This document shows positions 11,711-24,984 of a DNA stretch of 64,000 nt, piece after piece. The stretch's first letter is position 1. Each line of letters begins with the position of its first letter. A program made the position numbers and the translations under genes. The stretch is from Felis catus (Eukaryota). The notes beneath the pieces were generated by a model, which did no database searches, had not been told where the DNA came from, and worked only from the letters and a program-made list of their open reading frames with translations. The stretch is from assembly GCF_018350175.1 (NCBI RefSeq), contig NC_058369.1:152582001-152646000 (forward strand), in the 5' to 3' direction.

Positions 11711-12919
11711 AGAGGGGGGTAGGCTGGCATAGTAAACTCATCTTTGAGGAGAGTCAAGGTAAATTTAATCCTTTACCATAGTCCTCATGATTCCAAAGTC
11801 TGTAGGAAACCTGTGTCAAAGTACAACCATCTTGCAAAGAGTGGCTTGACAGAAACTTTAACGACTCTGAAGGTAACACCAAGAAAGCCTAAATTCATCA
11901 CGGTGATGCCAAAATTTCACTCTACTCTTGGTAGAAGAGTGAAACCACAGACGTCCCCCTTTTCTCTCTTCTTTTATAAAAGAGAGAACCTTTGGTTGCT
12001 GTTGGAAAAGATGAAATGTAAATTTGAAGAAACTAAATAAAAAATGTGTTGTCACCTTTACATAGTCATTCTCTCTACTCTCTTAGACGATTTGAAGAGC
12101 TTCAAAGGACCTGCAGCAGACATAGCTCCCTGATCCCTGTTTTCTGCTGGGTACACAAATTCTCATATGAAGTCCCATGAATCAACTCCTTGTTTTCCTC
12201 AAAGGACTATCGGTTACAACCAACAATACTTTTGAGCAGCCAGGATGATGGAATCCAATCAACTGCACTGCCCAATTCAAAGTTCACCAACTAGAAATCT
12301 TGCCCCTGAATAACATGATTGCTTTTCACAGTGTAGTCTTAATTACCATTGAGCTCAGGATTATAGCCAACTTAACATCTCCTTACACACCTGAGAAATT
12401 TTAAATTTCTAATCTCTTTCACAGGTGCCTTTCAAACAGCATAATCAAATTTATCTGGCCACCATGTTACTAGTACGTGAATATGAACCTAGATAAATCT
12501 CCTCTATTACTTTTTTTGGGAAAGATACGTATTGCAGTTCTCACTTTATAAAATGAGATATGTTTCTGTACCAGTGGAGGGGGGGGGGGTTGACTGAACA
12601 CATTGGAGCTAGCCCTTCAGTTTCTATGTAGTAATAGCAACTTGGATTATAGATCAAGAAATATTTTTGGGGGGGAATAATTTTCTTTTTTTGCCTAAGT
12701 GAAGATCTAATGGCATCATGAGGGCCTACTTTAACCATTTCTCATGGGAATCTGCCCCTCATCCATGCAAACCAGATCTTAAAATTCGTATGTATCATCC
12801 ATTTATTAACATCAAATGTTATCAAGACATTATCTCTATTAGTTTTAGATTCATGGGTTTTAGATCTATGTTATTTTAGAAACAATCCTGGACAAATGTT
12901 AATAGATACAGTATTAACA

Positions 12920-13780
12920 GAACTGATCCATGTGCCAGCCATTATTTAACACATAAACATGTCTCAGACATACTGGTAGGCCCTGAGGACTCAAAGAGGA
13001 AAACTCTAAGCAGGGTAAAGAGATAAGTCAACCAAGGACTACACTGTTATTGGCAAATGGTGTGATAAATGTAACGTAGAACAGGAGTATCTAATGGCTA
13101 GAAGTAGATAGAAAAGGATTCTTAGGGAAAGTTATACTTCAGTGGAGTCTTGAACTTGAGCAAGAGTCAACAGACAAAAAGGCAGAAAGGAAGGTACTGC
13201 AAGAAAGGCATCAGAACTGCAAAAGTATGATGATGCACGAGGCAGGCCACTGCTCCAGAAGAGCAATGATCTCTGGAGCACAGGAAGAGAACGATGAAGA
13301 CAATGATCACAAGGGCGTGCAAAGTTAAGGAATAGAAGCTTAACATTTCTAGAAAGATCCTTCCAATCAGTCTTTTGGAAAAAGTAGTGTGTGAAGGGCA
13401 GGGACACTGGAGACAAGGAATTATGAGCATAGTTTAGTGATGCTGTGAAGAGGTAGCTTATACAGCCTTTGAACAAAAGCCATATTATACTAGCAGAGGA
13501 GGTAGGTGGTTAAAGACATGGGAAATAAATAGAAGGTAGACCTCTAAGGCCACATGGGGTGTGTAACAGTGCAGGTGATTGTGACGACTCCAGGGGCTCA
13601 TTGGCTGATGAGCAGAGAAAGAAAATTACAAGCGCGTTTTTAGCCTGCAGTCTGAGGTTGCTAGCGGATATCCAGGTAAAGATGTCGGCTAAGATATCTG
13701 GGTGCGAGTGTTAGCTTCTACAGGAATGCCTGGATAGAAGACATGGATGTGAGATCTATTCACGTATAAGTCATAGATGA
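12920..13780. mobile_element. Degenerate L2 fragment
   Basis: Purine-rich L2-like phrases (tgaacttgagc, ggatatccaggt, ggatagaagacatggat). Boundaries approximate. Confidence 0.5.
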
Positions 13781-13781
13781 T

Positions 13782-14007
13782 GGGGCGCCTGGGTGGCGCA
13801 GTCGGTTAAGCGTCCGACTTCAGCCAGGTCACGATCTCGCGGTCCGTGAGTTTGAACCCCGCGTCAGGCTCTGGGCTGATGGCTCAGAGCCTGGAGCCTG
13901 TCTCCGATTCTATGTCTCCCTCTCTCTCTGCCCCCCTCCCCCGTTCATGCTCTGTCTCTCTCTGTCCCAAAAATAAATAAATGTTGAAAAAAAAAATTAA
14001 AAAAAAA
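13782..14007 (+). mobile_element. Young SINEC_Fc-like CanSINE
   Basis: CpGs intact; perfect 15-bp TSD ATAAGTCATAGATGA at 13766-13780 and 14008-14022. Confidence 0.96.
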
Positions 14008-14912
14008 ATAAGTCATAGATGAAATCTGGGGTACAGATGTGATCTCCCACAGAAAGGCAAACCGGTGAGGAACACCATCGCTCAAGTGGAAAAGGGAGCC
14101 AGTTGTTTAGGGAACCACAATGCCTCCTTCTCAAATATTTAGTTAACTCTCTAGCCCATCACACACGGAGGTTTCTAAACAAATTCTCTACATATTTTTA
14201 ACCAGTTTTCTTTCTTCTGAAAACCAGTTTTCTTTCTTCTGAAAGAAGACGGGCGAATGGAACAGAAGAAACAGATAANNNNNNNNNNNNNNNNNNNNNN
14301 NNNNNNNNNNNNNNNNNNNNNNNNNNNNNNNNNNNNNNNNNNNNNNNNNNNNNNNNNNNNNNNNNNNNNNNNNNNNNNNNNNNNNNNNNNNNNNNNNNNN
14401 NNNNNNNNNNNNNNNNNNNNNNNNNNNNNNGAGGAAATAAATATCTCTCTGCCTTGGCTGCAAAAGTGAACTTGGCACAACCATGGCTGAAACACAAAAA
14501 AACCTGGAGGACTCAGAAGGCTGGAGAAAACTTGTAGAAAGGTCTTATTGTCCAGACAACCCTCACACTGGAAACTCTACTTGGAAATCCAGCAGGAAAG
14601 GTCAGATTTGAAAACAAGGGTTTCTAGTAAAACAGGCACAAGAAATCTAATTGCAGAGGGTAAGCAATAGCAGTAAGGGAGAGCACTCGAGGCCTTAGTG
14701 AACAAGTGTGACATGATAACTAGGTGTTTTCCTTTGAAAATGTGCTATCTGGATCGATTTTCTAAAAAATATAGTGTTCTGATAGTTATTCATCCTAAGT
14801 AGTAACAAATACCTTTGTTAAGTTTTACAAGTATCCTTTTTGGAACTGAAAAGCAGGCGATTGCCATTTCACATAGATATTTCCAGAGGCCTGAGGCTGC
14901 TTACATGGACAC

Positions 14913-14932
14913 ACCACTGCCCCCTGGTGGGA
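14913..14932 (-). promoter_or_regulatory. Consensus CTCF binding motif
   Basis: The minus strand reads TCCCACCAGGGGGCAGTG; core CCACCAGGGGGCAG at 14917-14930. Confidence 0.6.
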
Positions 14933-16809
14933 AGTCATTATTTTTGAGTTGAGGTTGTTTCTTGAACACCCTCACAGCTAAATCGATGCCGTCACATCAT
15001 CTGCCATATAAACTCTAAGTACAAAAAAAACAACTATTCATATTTGTTTTTGTATGTGAAGAAGGCCCAAATGAATTCTTAACAATACAGTGGCTGAGCA
15101 AATACAAATTCTTTCTCAGCTCAAGGGCAAGAACTGTTTGAAACTAGCACCTGGAGACAATTTCACATCTGATAAGGTTATTAAATATAGCATGGCCAGG
15201 CATGAGAATGGGAGGCCTTTGCCTGTAGATATTAAGCACTTTTAGTTTTATTATAGTTCTTAACTATATACAAGTGACCCAAAACAACCTGAGCTGCCAT
15301 ACTATCTCCGAAATGGCTTTTCATTTAGTTTTCCAAAGCTTTCTCCCAGACCAATGGTTCATGGATGGACTCTAACGTTTCCAGAGAGAGTACGGTCAAC
15401 CACATATCATTGCTGACACCATACCTTTTTAACCTACATACTTGCCGGTTGTATTTTCAACCTAATTGAAGGTTAAGGCAGGGAGAAAACAAAGCCATCA
15501 GGAATGAGCGAGGGGTTTCACCAGCTGCAAAATGTAAATGAAATAAGGAATCCAACTGAACAAGTTGTCTGGATAATGATCTGAGCAAAGTGCTGAGTGA
15601 CTCTGATGTTCAGAGTGACTCTGGGAAGGGAGGAAGCAGAGGAGAGAGGAGCTCTCATTCCAGCCTCAGACTTCAAAGCAGATGCCAAAAATGCAAACAC
15701 TTTAAGAGACCTGTCTAACGCTATTCCTCAACATATGCCATCCGAGGAAGAGAGGTGAAGTCAGGTTTTGGCAGTGAGCTACGGCACCTGTGTTATTGGC
15801 TTATTCTAGGCATTTCTGAAGACTACCATCGTGATTCCATAAATACGTGGCAAAGCATACCCTTGCTTCACAGGCACTGCAAGAAGCCAGCCATTCAATA
15901 CAAATAGGTAACCATGCATCACAGGCCACAAACAGGAGTCGCACCTTGGAGGGTCCCTCACTATGACAGAGTGATGACCCAAGGCTGAGTCTGAAAACAG
16001 CCTTACCTTGAGTTAGATTAGGCATATGGGCATTAAATATAGAAGATACTCAAAAAGGGGCCCCAAGTCCCCATCCTTCTCCACCCCAGACAGACATCTC
16101 CACCAAAAACTTAAAGGGTGCTATAAAATGAATATACTCAAAATATCTAGTTATTACCACCTTATTTCAAATCAGCTCATCAGCACACCTAAGGAAAGAA
16201 GGGTCCAAGAGGGATACATTTTATTTAGGTGTTGAATAGTGAATTAGGTTATATTTAGACAATAGGATGCCACTCAGAACAGCGAAATTGAGTTGAAGCA
16301 CCAGAGGACTCAGGACCCCAAAATGGGGGCATCAGGAAAGTGATAACTCACTAACAGGCAGAAGGGAAGACAACGTGGAGAGAGGTGAGCTCCAAAAATC
16401 CAGCTCTGCCAACCTCCCCACTATCGGGGAACCCAACACTCTCCAAGTGACCTGGGTAAAGAGAAGGCCAACACCATGCCTTCTTAAAGCAAAATGGAAC
16501 ATGTTTAGGTTGATGCATTTTATGACCCTAGAATCACTCTTTAATGATTTTCTGCTGTTCCCAAGAAATATACAGCAAAGTGATCAATGAAGAAGAGTGA
16601 TCTATCTAGTATTCAATACAGCAATTGGTTCTACAAGAAGAGTGTGGTCACTGTGCAATAAACATGAAGAAAAATATGTGAGAGAGACCAGGGAACTGCT
16701 GTTTCTTGGACTTTGTTCCCTTCTCAACACAGTAAGACCCCTAGACCATGCACACGCCTGGCGTTCTATGGTCTTTGTGTTCACAAAGGTAGGCAAGGGG
16801 CAAACTCAC

Positions 16810-17009
16810 TCATTGAGTAAAGGCATGGATGTTCTCCTCTTGCTCTTCTGCACCATGTTGGCTTGATTCCTCAAGGAGATCCGAATCATAGCTGGGGCCA
16901 ACCTACAGGGCTCCCCATCCACTTGCATGGGGATGGGTTTGTAAGTGAGCAGCACGACCTCCCGACACTGGTGTAGCCTTTCCCCATGGCCCCCAACTTG
17001 CAGGGCAGC
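16810..17009 (-). CDS. DGKI: DGKI coding exon, 200 nt, [66 protein letters not shown](D)
   Basis: Acceptor atttacag|GCT, donor GA|gtgagt; PMQVDGEP motif; overlaps ORF 16806-17021; phase 0 to 2. Confidence 0.97.
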
Positions 17010-17999
17010 CTGTAAATTCAAGAGTCAAAAGGAAGCTAGAAGTCAGTTCTTAAGAGTCAGGAAAGCTAGAAACCCCAAGTCCTCTATACATAACCAAAAG
17101 GCCTTTGATAAACATGTTGAAAATTGCTAGCCAGGAGCAGAATGGGAAACCTTGGATAAATCACCTTAACAAAAATAAACTAAAATTTCTAAACTTTTGA
17201 TGAGCTTGACCACAAATTTTCATCAATAGCCAAAATTCGGTATTAATCATGTTACTTTAAGACAAAAGTTGTTCTTTGTGTTATCTAGTCAGTCCCACTG
17301 AATAACCAATATAAGGAGAAAAAAGAAAATAAAACAGATAAAGCACAGTTTAAGACAGCTTTTATACTATGTTTAAATATAAGTATATTATAATATATAT
17401 TATATAAATATAAGTACATAATACAGTTTCATAACATATATATGTATGTATAACAAGTATACACAAACGTGCTATAAGATGTAACTATGTATTATATATT
17501 AAATATATTCATACTTAAATATGCAGCCCACCCTTGGTTAATTTGCAAACGTGGGCAGGCTTTTTCTTTTTACCTAAAACCTCCTTAAGCTACCTCCAGT
17601 CTGTATAAGATCTACAGAAGGCAAAATAATATTAACTACTTGATTAAAAGCATTGTGAAAAGTATAACAGCTTTGAGGATCAAAATCAAACACAGAGTTC
17701 AGTTCACCATTGTGGCCACAGAATGGAAAGTCAATCCAACATTAAAAGCCTGTTGTTGAGAAGAACAACAAATCAATAGAGCTTTCCCTCATTAATTAAA
17801 ATGTATGTGCATATTATATATTTTATGTCATTATATTATATTATTTTTATGCTATATATTTTNNNNNNNNNNNNNNNNNNNNNNNNNNNNNNNNNNNNNN
17901 NNNNNNNNNNNNNNNNNNNNNNNNNNNNNNNNNNNNNNNNNNNNNNNNNNNNNNNNNNNNNNNNNNNNNNNNNNNNNNNNNNNNNNNNNNNNNNTGAAT

Positions 18000-18480
18000 G
18001 AAAATAATACATGTTTGGTTGTAAAAGAATCCACAAAGTATACAATCTGAATACACATTGTGTATCTCCATCCAGATCAAGCTTTAGATAATTTACAAGT
18101 TCATATGTGCTCTTTCTCAGTCTTTTTATACCCTTCCCACCAACTAGTTAGTAACCAATACCCTGACTTCTATTACCATAGATTCAATTTGTTTGAAATT
18201 GAACTTCATACGAACCATACTAGATGACTCTTCTGTCTCTGGCATCTTTTTCTCATCATTATTTTTGAGTAATATATAGCAGAATGTATTTATTTACTCT
18301 TTTGCTGATAAACATTTGGTTGTTTCCAGTTTGTAGCTATTGTTGACGTAAACTTTCCTGTATGAATCTCTTAGTACATACATACTCTCTTGGCTACATA
18401 CAATGAGAAGAATTGCTATGCCACTAAGTTTAGATGTACAGTTAACTTTGGCAGATACTGCTAAATAATTTTTCACTAAG
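18000..18480 (-). mobile_element. Old L1ME-like 3' fragment
   Basis: Degenerate reverse L1 3' motifs (catttggttgtttccagttt, gaagaattgct). Confidence 0.6.
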
Positions 18481-19538
18481 GTTATATTATGCCTTTTGAG
18501 TCATCCATTTGTTTATAATAAATAGAAAAAAGGATTTTAATACTAACTTGCTCAAAATCTAAAAGATTAAAACATACAATCAACTTGTTTCCATGTGTCT
18601 CTTTTCTGTGAATGAGGGATAAACTTTGAACTGAGACTTGTGATGTCAACTTCCCCTTATTTGGTTGCCAGACATTCATATTTATCTGATGCTTTGAATT
18701 TCTTTTTTTCCATTTGCATTAATTCGAACAATAGAAACCTGATTGTCTATAAATGCGAAGAGAAAAGCACAAAGGGACAAAAAGTAAAAACTGAGAAGAA
18801 CTTCTTATTGATCACCTTTAATGTTAAAAGCATTCCATTGTGTACTTTGCACACAATTTTGTCAAACTGGTTGAGAAAACTAGAAAAGCAGAGCAGAATG
18901 CAGTGAGAATTTAGTATAATTCGTTTTGGCCTGTCACCCACTCCTTTGTTATTCCGTTGAAAGTTTCTCTTGGCTGTACTCAAATGCTCCACTTAAGTCA
19001 ATGGATCAGAGTCACTATCTCATCTCTGGAACTTTTCCAATATATTCCCCTTGACTTCAAGTACTTGCAGTTGAGAATGTATCTCTTCATCCACTGTTCT
19101 GGAAACACCATTTTCTTCTTCTCTCTACCTTCCCCCCTCCCCCACCTTGACTAGACCTAATGACAAACAAAAATGCAGGACCTTCCAGGTGAGAACTTAG
19201 TCCTCTGAGTTTCACAGAATTGAAAACCGTTTTAAATACTTCCCAACCCCTTGGTATGCAGAAGGCATACACAGTACTGTAGAGCACTTTTAAGTCATCT
19301 TCTCAGCCTCAAAAATAGAACAGCAGCAATACCACAAACATGCAAATAGCTGTCAACGGCAGTCCCGCTGATATTTCAGAATCAATCCAAGATCACTGCA
19401 CAGGCACAAGGAGAATTACAGTAAAGAGCTTTTTGGGATAAAGACAGTTCTATTCCTGTTAGCACAGCCACATTATTTTTGGAACAAGTTAGAATAAAGG
19501 TAATGTTTTAAATACTTATTAGAAATAGTTATATTTCA

Positions 19539-19752
19539 GGGTGCCTGGGCGGCTCAGTCGGTTAAGTGTCTGTCTGACTCTTAGTTTCGGCTCAGGTCAC
19601 GATCTCACCATTTTGAGCTCCACATCAGGCTCTGTGCTGGCAGTGTGGAGCCTGCTTGGGATTCTCTCTCTCCCTCTCTCTCTGCCCCTCCCCCACTCAT
19701 GCTGTCTCTGTCTCTCTCAAAATAAATAAATAAACTTAAAAATTAAAGAAAA
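19539..19752 (+). mobile_element. CanSINE
   Basis: Head, (CT)n and AATAAA tail. Confidence 0.9.
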
Positions 19753-20199
19753 TGAAACAGTGGGCTTTTTTTTTCATCACTCAGAATGGTCTAGGCTTAA
19801 CCACAAATACCCCCATAATTTGCTGGAGATAATTATTTACTAGTAATAATATGGTGGTTTATTAACGACAGACATTCAATTATTTGTTTAATCCAGCATG
19901 TATTACTCCTGTGAAAACGTCCAATACTGCCTTTCTGATAGAATAGGACTTGACAGGAAAACAAAGAAAGCCCCTGAACTAAGTGCACCCACTTATCTCC
20001 ATTTATCGCCCTGTGGCCCAGACCATAACTTTCCTTCATGCCACAGGTGTATGGCTTGAGACTTTTGGTCCCTCCACACTATCTCCATAATACTTGCCTC
20101 CATCTTCCCCCAAAAGCCTCACCTTCTTTCTTACTACTCAAGCCCTTATTCTACTTGCTGTCTGATGAAAATCATGGACAATTCTGGGTTGACAGGGGC

Positions 20200-21870
20200 A
20201 GAGAAGAAAACATAAAATACTTAGGAACAACTTTAGTAAAGCATATGCAAGAACCTGAAAACTTCACTGAAACTAGGAAACTGTAAAACTTTGCTAAGAG
20301 AAACTAAACAACAGCTAAATAAATGGAGAAAGATAGGTCTGTAGACTGGGAACGCTCAATACTGTTGTTAATATGTCAATTCTCCCTAATTTATAGATTC
20401 AAAGCAGTCCCAATTAAAATCACAACAGATGTTGGCAAGGATGCGGAGAAAGAGGATCTCTTTTGCATTGTTGGTGGGAATGCAAGCTGGTGCAGCCACT
20501 CTGGAAAACAGTATGGAAGTTCCTCAAAAAACTAAAAATAGAACTACCCTACAACCCAGCAATTGCACTACTAGGCATTTATCCACGGGAGACAGGCGTG
20601 CTGTTTCGAAGGGACGCATGCACCCCATGTTTATAGCAGCACTATCAACAATAGCCAAAGTACGGAAAGAGCCCAAACATCCATCGATGGATGGATGGAT
20701 AAAGATGTGGTGTATATATACAATGGAGTATTATTCGGCAATCAAAAAAAAAAAAATGAAATCTTGCCATTTGCAACTATGTGGATGGAACTGGAGGGTA
20801 TTATGCTAAGTGAAATTAGTCCATCAGAGAAAGACAAAAATCCTATGACTTCACTCACATGAGGACTTTAAGAGACAAAACAGATGAACATAAGGGAAGG
20901 GAAACAAAAATAATACAAAAACAGGGAGGGGGACAAAACAGAAGAGACTCATAAATATGGAGAACAAACTGAGGGTTACTGGGAGGGTTGTGGGAGGGGG
21001 GGTGGGGTAAATGGGTAAGAGGCACTAAGGAATCTACTCCTGAAATCATTGTTGCATTATATGCTAACTAATTTAAATGTAAATTTTTAAAAATTAAAAT
21101 TAAAATAAATCAATAAATACGTATCCAAAAATTAAAAAAAAATAAAATCCTATCAGTTTTTTTTTTTTGCAAACACAGTCAAACTAATTCTAAAATTTAT
21201 TTACAAATACAAAAGACAGAATAACCAAAACATTCTTAGAAGTGCAAAGTGAAATGTTTCATATTACAAGTACGAAGGCTTACTCTAAACCCATAATAAT
21301 CAAAACAGTGTGGTACTACCATAAGTGTAAAGAAATAAGTCAATGGGACAGGATAGAGTCCAGGAATAGAACCACATACAACCGAGGGGTGAAGGCAACC
21401 AAGGTAATTCTATAGACAAGTCTAATCAACAAAGAACGCTGGGGAAAAAAAGGATTTCTAAAAACTAAATCTTGAATCACTTACACAATCCACATAAATT
21501 AATTTGAGTTGAAATACATACTTACACATAAAAGGTAAAACTATAAATCTTCAAAAAGAAAACACAGGAGACTATCTTATCTTGGAATAAGCAAGGTTTC
21601 TTAAAAAGGGCACAAAAAGCCCTAATGTGATATACGCCTGCCTTATAAAACTGGAATTCAGAAGAACTTCTTCATCAAAACAAACTTAAGGAAATAAAAA
21701 TAGATGGAAAATCTTTTGCTCTAAATATATCTGTCAAGCAACCTGTATTCAGAATATATAAATAACACCTGCAATTCAACAAGAAAAGACAAAGAGCCCA
21801 CTAAAATATGCAAAAAACCACACTTTGAAAAACCATGCAAGGTAACAATAAAGTTGAACAACAATGTGTC
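20200..21870 (+). mobile_element. Old L1 ORF2 fragment interrupted by a younger carnivore L1 3' end (about 20421-21142)
   Basis: Younger piece encodes FIAALSTIAKVRKEPKHPSMDGWIKMWCIYTMEYYSAIKK and carries a 3'UTR and A tail; the old L1 resumes at about 21145. Confidence 0.88.
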
Positions 21871-23689
21871 CTTACTCTCATTTTTTTTGCTGTTTAGGAG
21901 GACTTAATGGACTATACAAAACATACATGATTTCTTTGTTTCTCTCTAGGGATGTAATTTTATTCTCATTTCTTCTTCTGTTTCCTCAAGTGCAATATTC
22001 TAATAGCTTTTCGTTTCTGTTAACACATTTCCAGCACCTGTGGGATATTACTTCTTACCAGGTACTCTCCCACATTGCTATTGGGCAAGTAAACAATACA
22101 ACATTTCTAGAAAGCAGTTTTATAACCATTATTAGAGGTTTTAAAATATTTATGTCATTGACTCAATAATTTCTTTTGCAGGGATATGTCATAAGACAAT
22201 ATTCTGAAATATGAACACAGGTCTATGAGTAATTATGTTAATTACAAGATTATTTATACCACCAAACATCCAGAAACTTAAACATTTCATAAAGGGATCT
22301 TTCCATAAAGGAATAATTATTATATAAATTGAGGTATTTATGTATGAAAGAGTAGTCAGCCATTTGTATTATGGGTTTTACTTATAAATAACATGATTTC
22401 CTATATATTTAAAAACAGAAATAAGGCAACTGGAAGAAAATGCATCAAAATGTAAATAGTTACAGATCATGTAATTATGACTAATATTTTTACTTTCAGT
22501 TCTTATGTATATTATCAAAATAAGCAAACATTTGCCATTTCTTCATAAAAAGTAAAGATTATACTATCTAAGTATGCGTAAAACTTCAGCCCTGGAAATT
22601 TCTCCGTGTAATTTTTCTCGTCGAGTAACTTTTTGCGTTTCTAATTCATAAATATAAAAGACATCACATATTCCAATTTCAATTAACAAAAAGAAAGCTG
22701 GCTATACTTTATTTAAAGCTGAGAAGACTGAAATCTTTGGATTTCACACTGCATAGCAAATTAGGCCACCAGCTCCTCAATCTGAATAATGAATGCTTTG
22801 AACTATCTTAAAGAGTTTTAGATTACTTAGAAACAGACTCAAGATGAAAAGACCTTCAAAACCACAAAGGCAAAAAAAAATTGTGGTGGAAATAAATACA
22901 ACTTACAATGCCTGGTTATGGTCTGTGGAGAACCCAAAAGGTGATCAGGTTACCAAGCACCCAATGAAGAATCATCATAATTCGTAAGAATGCATTTCAA
23001 CCAGGAGAGTGAATTGAAGACTTAAGCCATGAAATTTGCAATTGGAAGATAAAGAGTCTAAAAGAAACGACATCTATTCCCATCTAGTAATTCTATTTGA
23101 ATCTCTCATCTATTCAAGTGCCACTCTGAATATTTTAAAATACACAAAAATACACACATATACCCAAATAACCACACTCTTCTGTTTATGCGATCATCTT
23201 ACACACATGTAATTTTCAAATAATTTATGTTCTTAGAAACATAATCAGTATAATAGTTTCAAGAAATGTGAAACTAGAGTCCTGAAAATTAGATTCTCTC
23301 TTCTTGAACAATGGTGTACTGTTATATGAGCAGTCAGGTGAGATGTGTTTGAAAATAGACACATATGCCCATATTCTTTAGAGAGCATAGGGTGTTCAAA
23401 ACTGTACAGTATAAACTACATTTAACTCTGTTTTTTTTCAAGTAGAACTTTTTTTTAATCTTGGGAGCAATCTAAAGTCACTAGAATCTGAGCTCCAAAC
23501 ACACATTTGATGCTAGCCTAGTATCCATTTTTACATGACGCGTATCGTATAAAGAGAAAGAATGGACATAATTTTAGCATTCCATTTGCTCTTCACCAAC
23601 TCTCATCAACTATTATTTTTCTCTTTTTCCTACCAATGATGGTATGGAAGAGAAAGAAATCTGATAGACTCCTCTCTAACAACCTGGAG

Positions 23690-24725
23690 GGATCCTCTGA
23701 GCTCTAAACATGTATTTCAAATTGCCTCTATCTCCTTAAATGTCTTACAGGGGTTTCAAACTTATATAAAACACAAGTGAGCACTTGGTAATATACAGAA
23801 CTGTTAAATCACTATACTGTAAACCTGAAACTAATTTAACACTGTACGTTAAGTAGAATGGAATTCAAATATAATTTCAAAATATAGTAAAAAAAAAACC
23901 ACAATTCATTTTTTGGTAATATTATCTTTCTTCTATTTTCCCTACATCTCTAATGTAGTCACTGTTTACCTAATGGCCTATGCTACCCAGCCGGGATTCA
24001 TGCATACTCCTTTTTCACCCTTCACAGTAAGTCAAGGTGTCTGAATAACTCTTGAAGTTGCCAATCCCCCTCCGCCCCCATCTTCATTACCACTTTCTTA
24101 CAGCAGGCTTCTAGGCTTCCTCATTTCTTCACCTGGACTTAGGTACCAACATCCTGCTTTGTCTATCTGCCTCCAGCAGTAGAGATTCTGGTCCCCTTCC
24201 ACACAGACATCCAGGTATTCTTTCTAAACCGCAAATCTGATTCTGTCTCATTCCATCTCTCTCAACCTCCCCCATTTAACAGGTCCAAAAACGAAACAAA
24301 ACCCTTCTGTCCTATCTTTCGCCACATCAATGTCTTTCTTCACCATATGTGTCGTCACTGAGCCACCAGGGAGCTCTAGAATACCAAGATGAGCTCTTAG
24401 GCTCATCTTGCATGGAACGGACGCTTCCAATCTCATCCACAGATGCTCTTGCCTCCTCTGTGCAATTTTTGCTGATTTCCCCATTTTATAAACACTCTTC
24501 TGCTTTCAATTCTTCTTCTTCTCTTTACACGTGCCTTTCTCCTAGAATTTATTATGCCAGATGGCAATTGCTTCTGTTTTTCATGTTCCCCCCACAACAG
24601 TGAACTGTGGGTACCCTGAGGACAGGGTTTGTCTCTTGGCCCATTTCAGAATCATTTCACATAGCAGAGTGAATTCAATAAGCATTTGTGGGTTCAATAA
24701 ATTTTCAATAAATACTTATGACTGA
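23690..24725 (+). mobile_element. L2 remnant containing a short carnivore L1 3' end (about 23775-23900)
   Basis: L2-like pyrimidine-rich body ending in tcaataaatacttatgactga; L1 terminus cctgaaactaatttaacactgtac. Confidence 0.6.
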
Positions 24726-24984
24726 CATTAAGTGCATGAAAGCAGGGAGATATTTTTAATAACAAATATTACTAGAATTTATAAAATTCCTATTAATTAG
24801 AGGCATCAGTGTTGCCTGTATTTCCCATATGCTGCGTGGCCATTCAGGATCCAGCATCACAAGTTACCTAGTGTTACTTCCACTGTACCTGATTTGCCAA
24901 GTATTTGTAAGCTCACCCAGATTCCAGGGAATGGTGCATAGACCCAAACTCGTAATGGGGTAAGTGTCCAAAAACTCAGAATCC

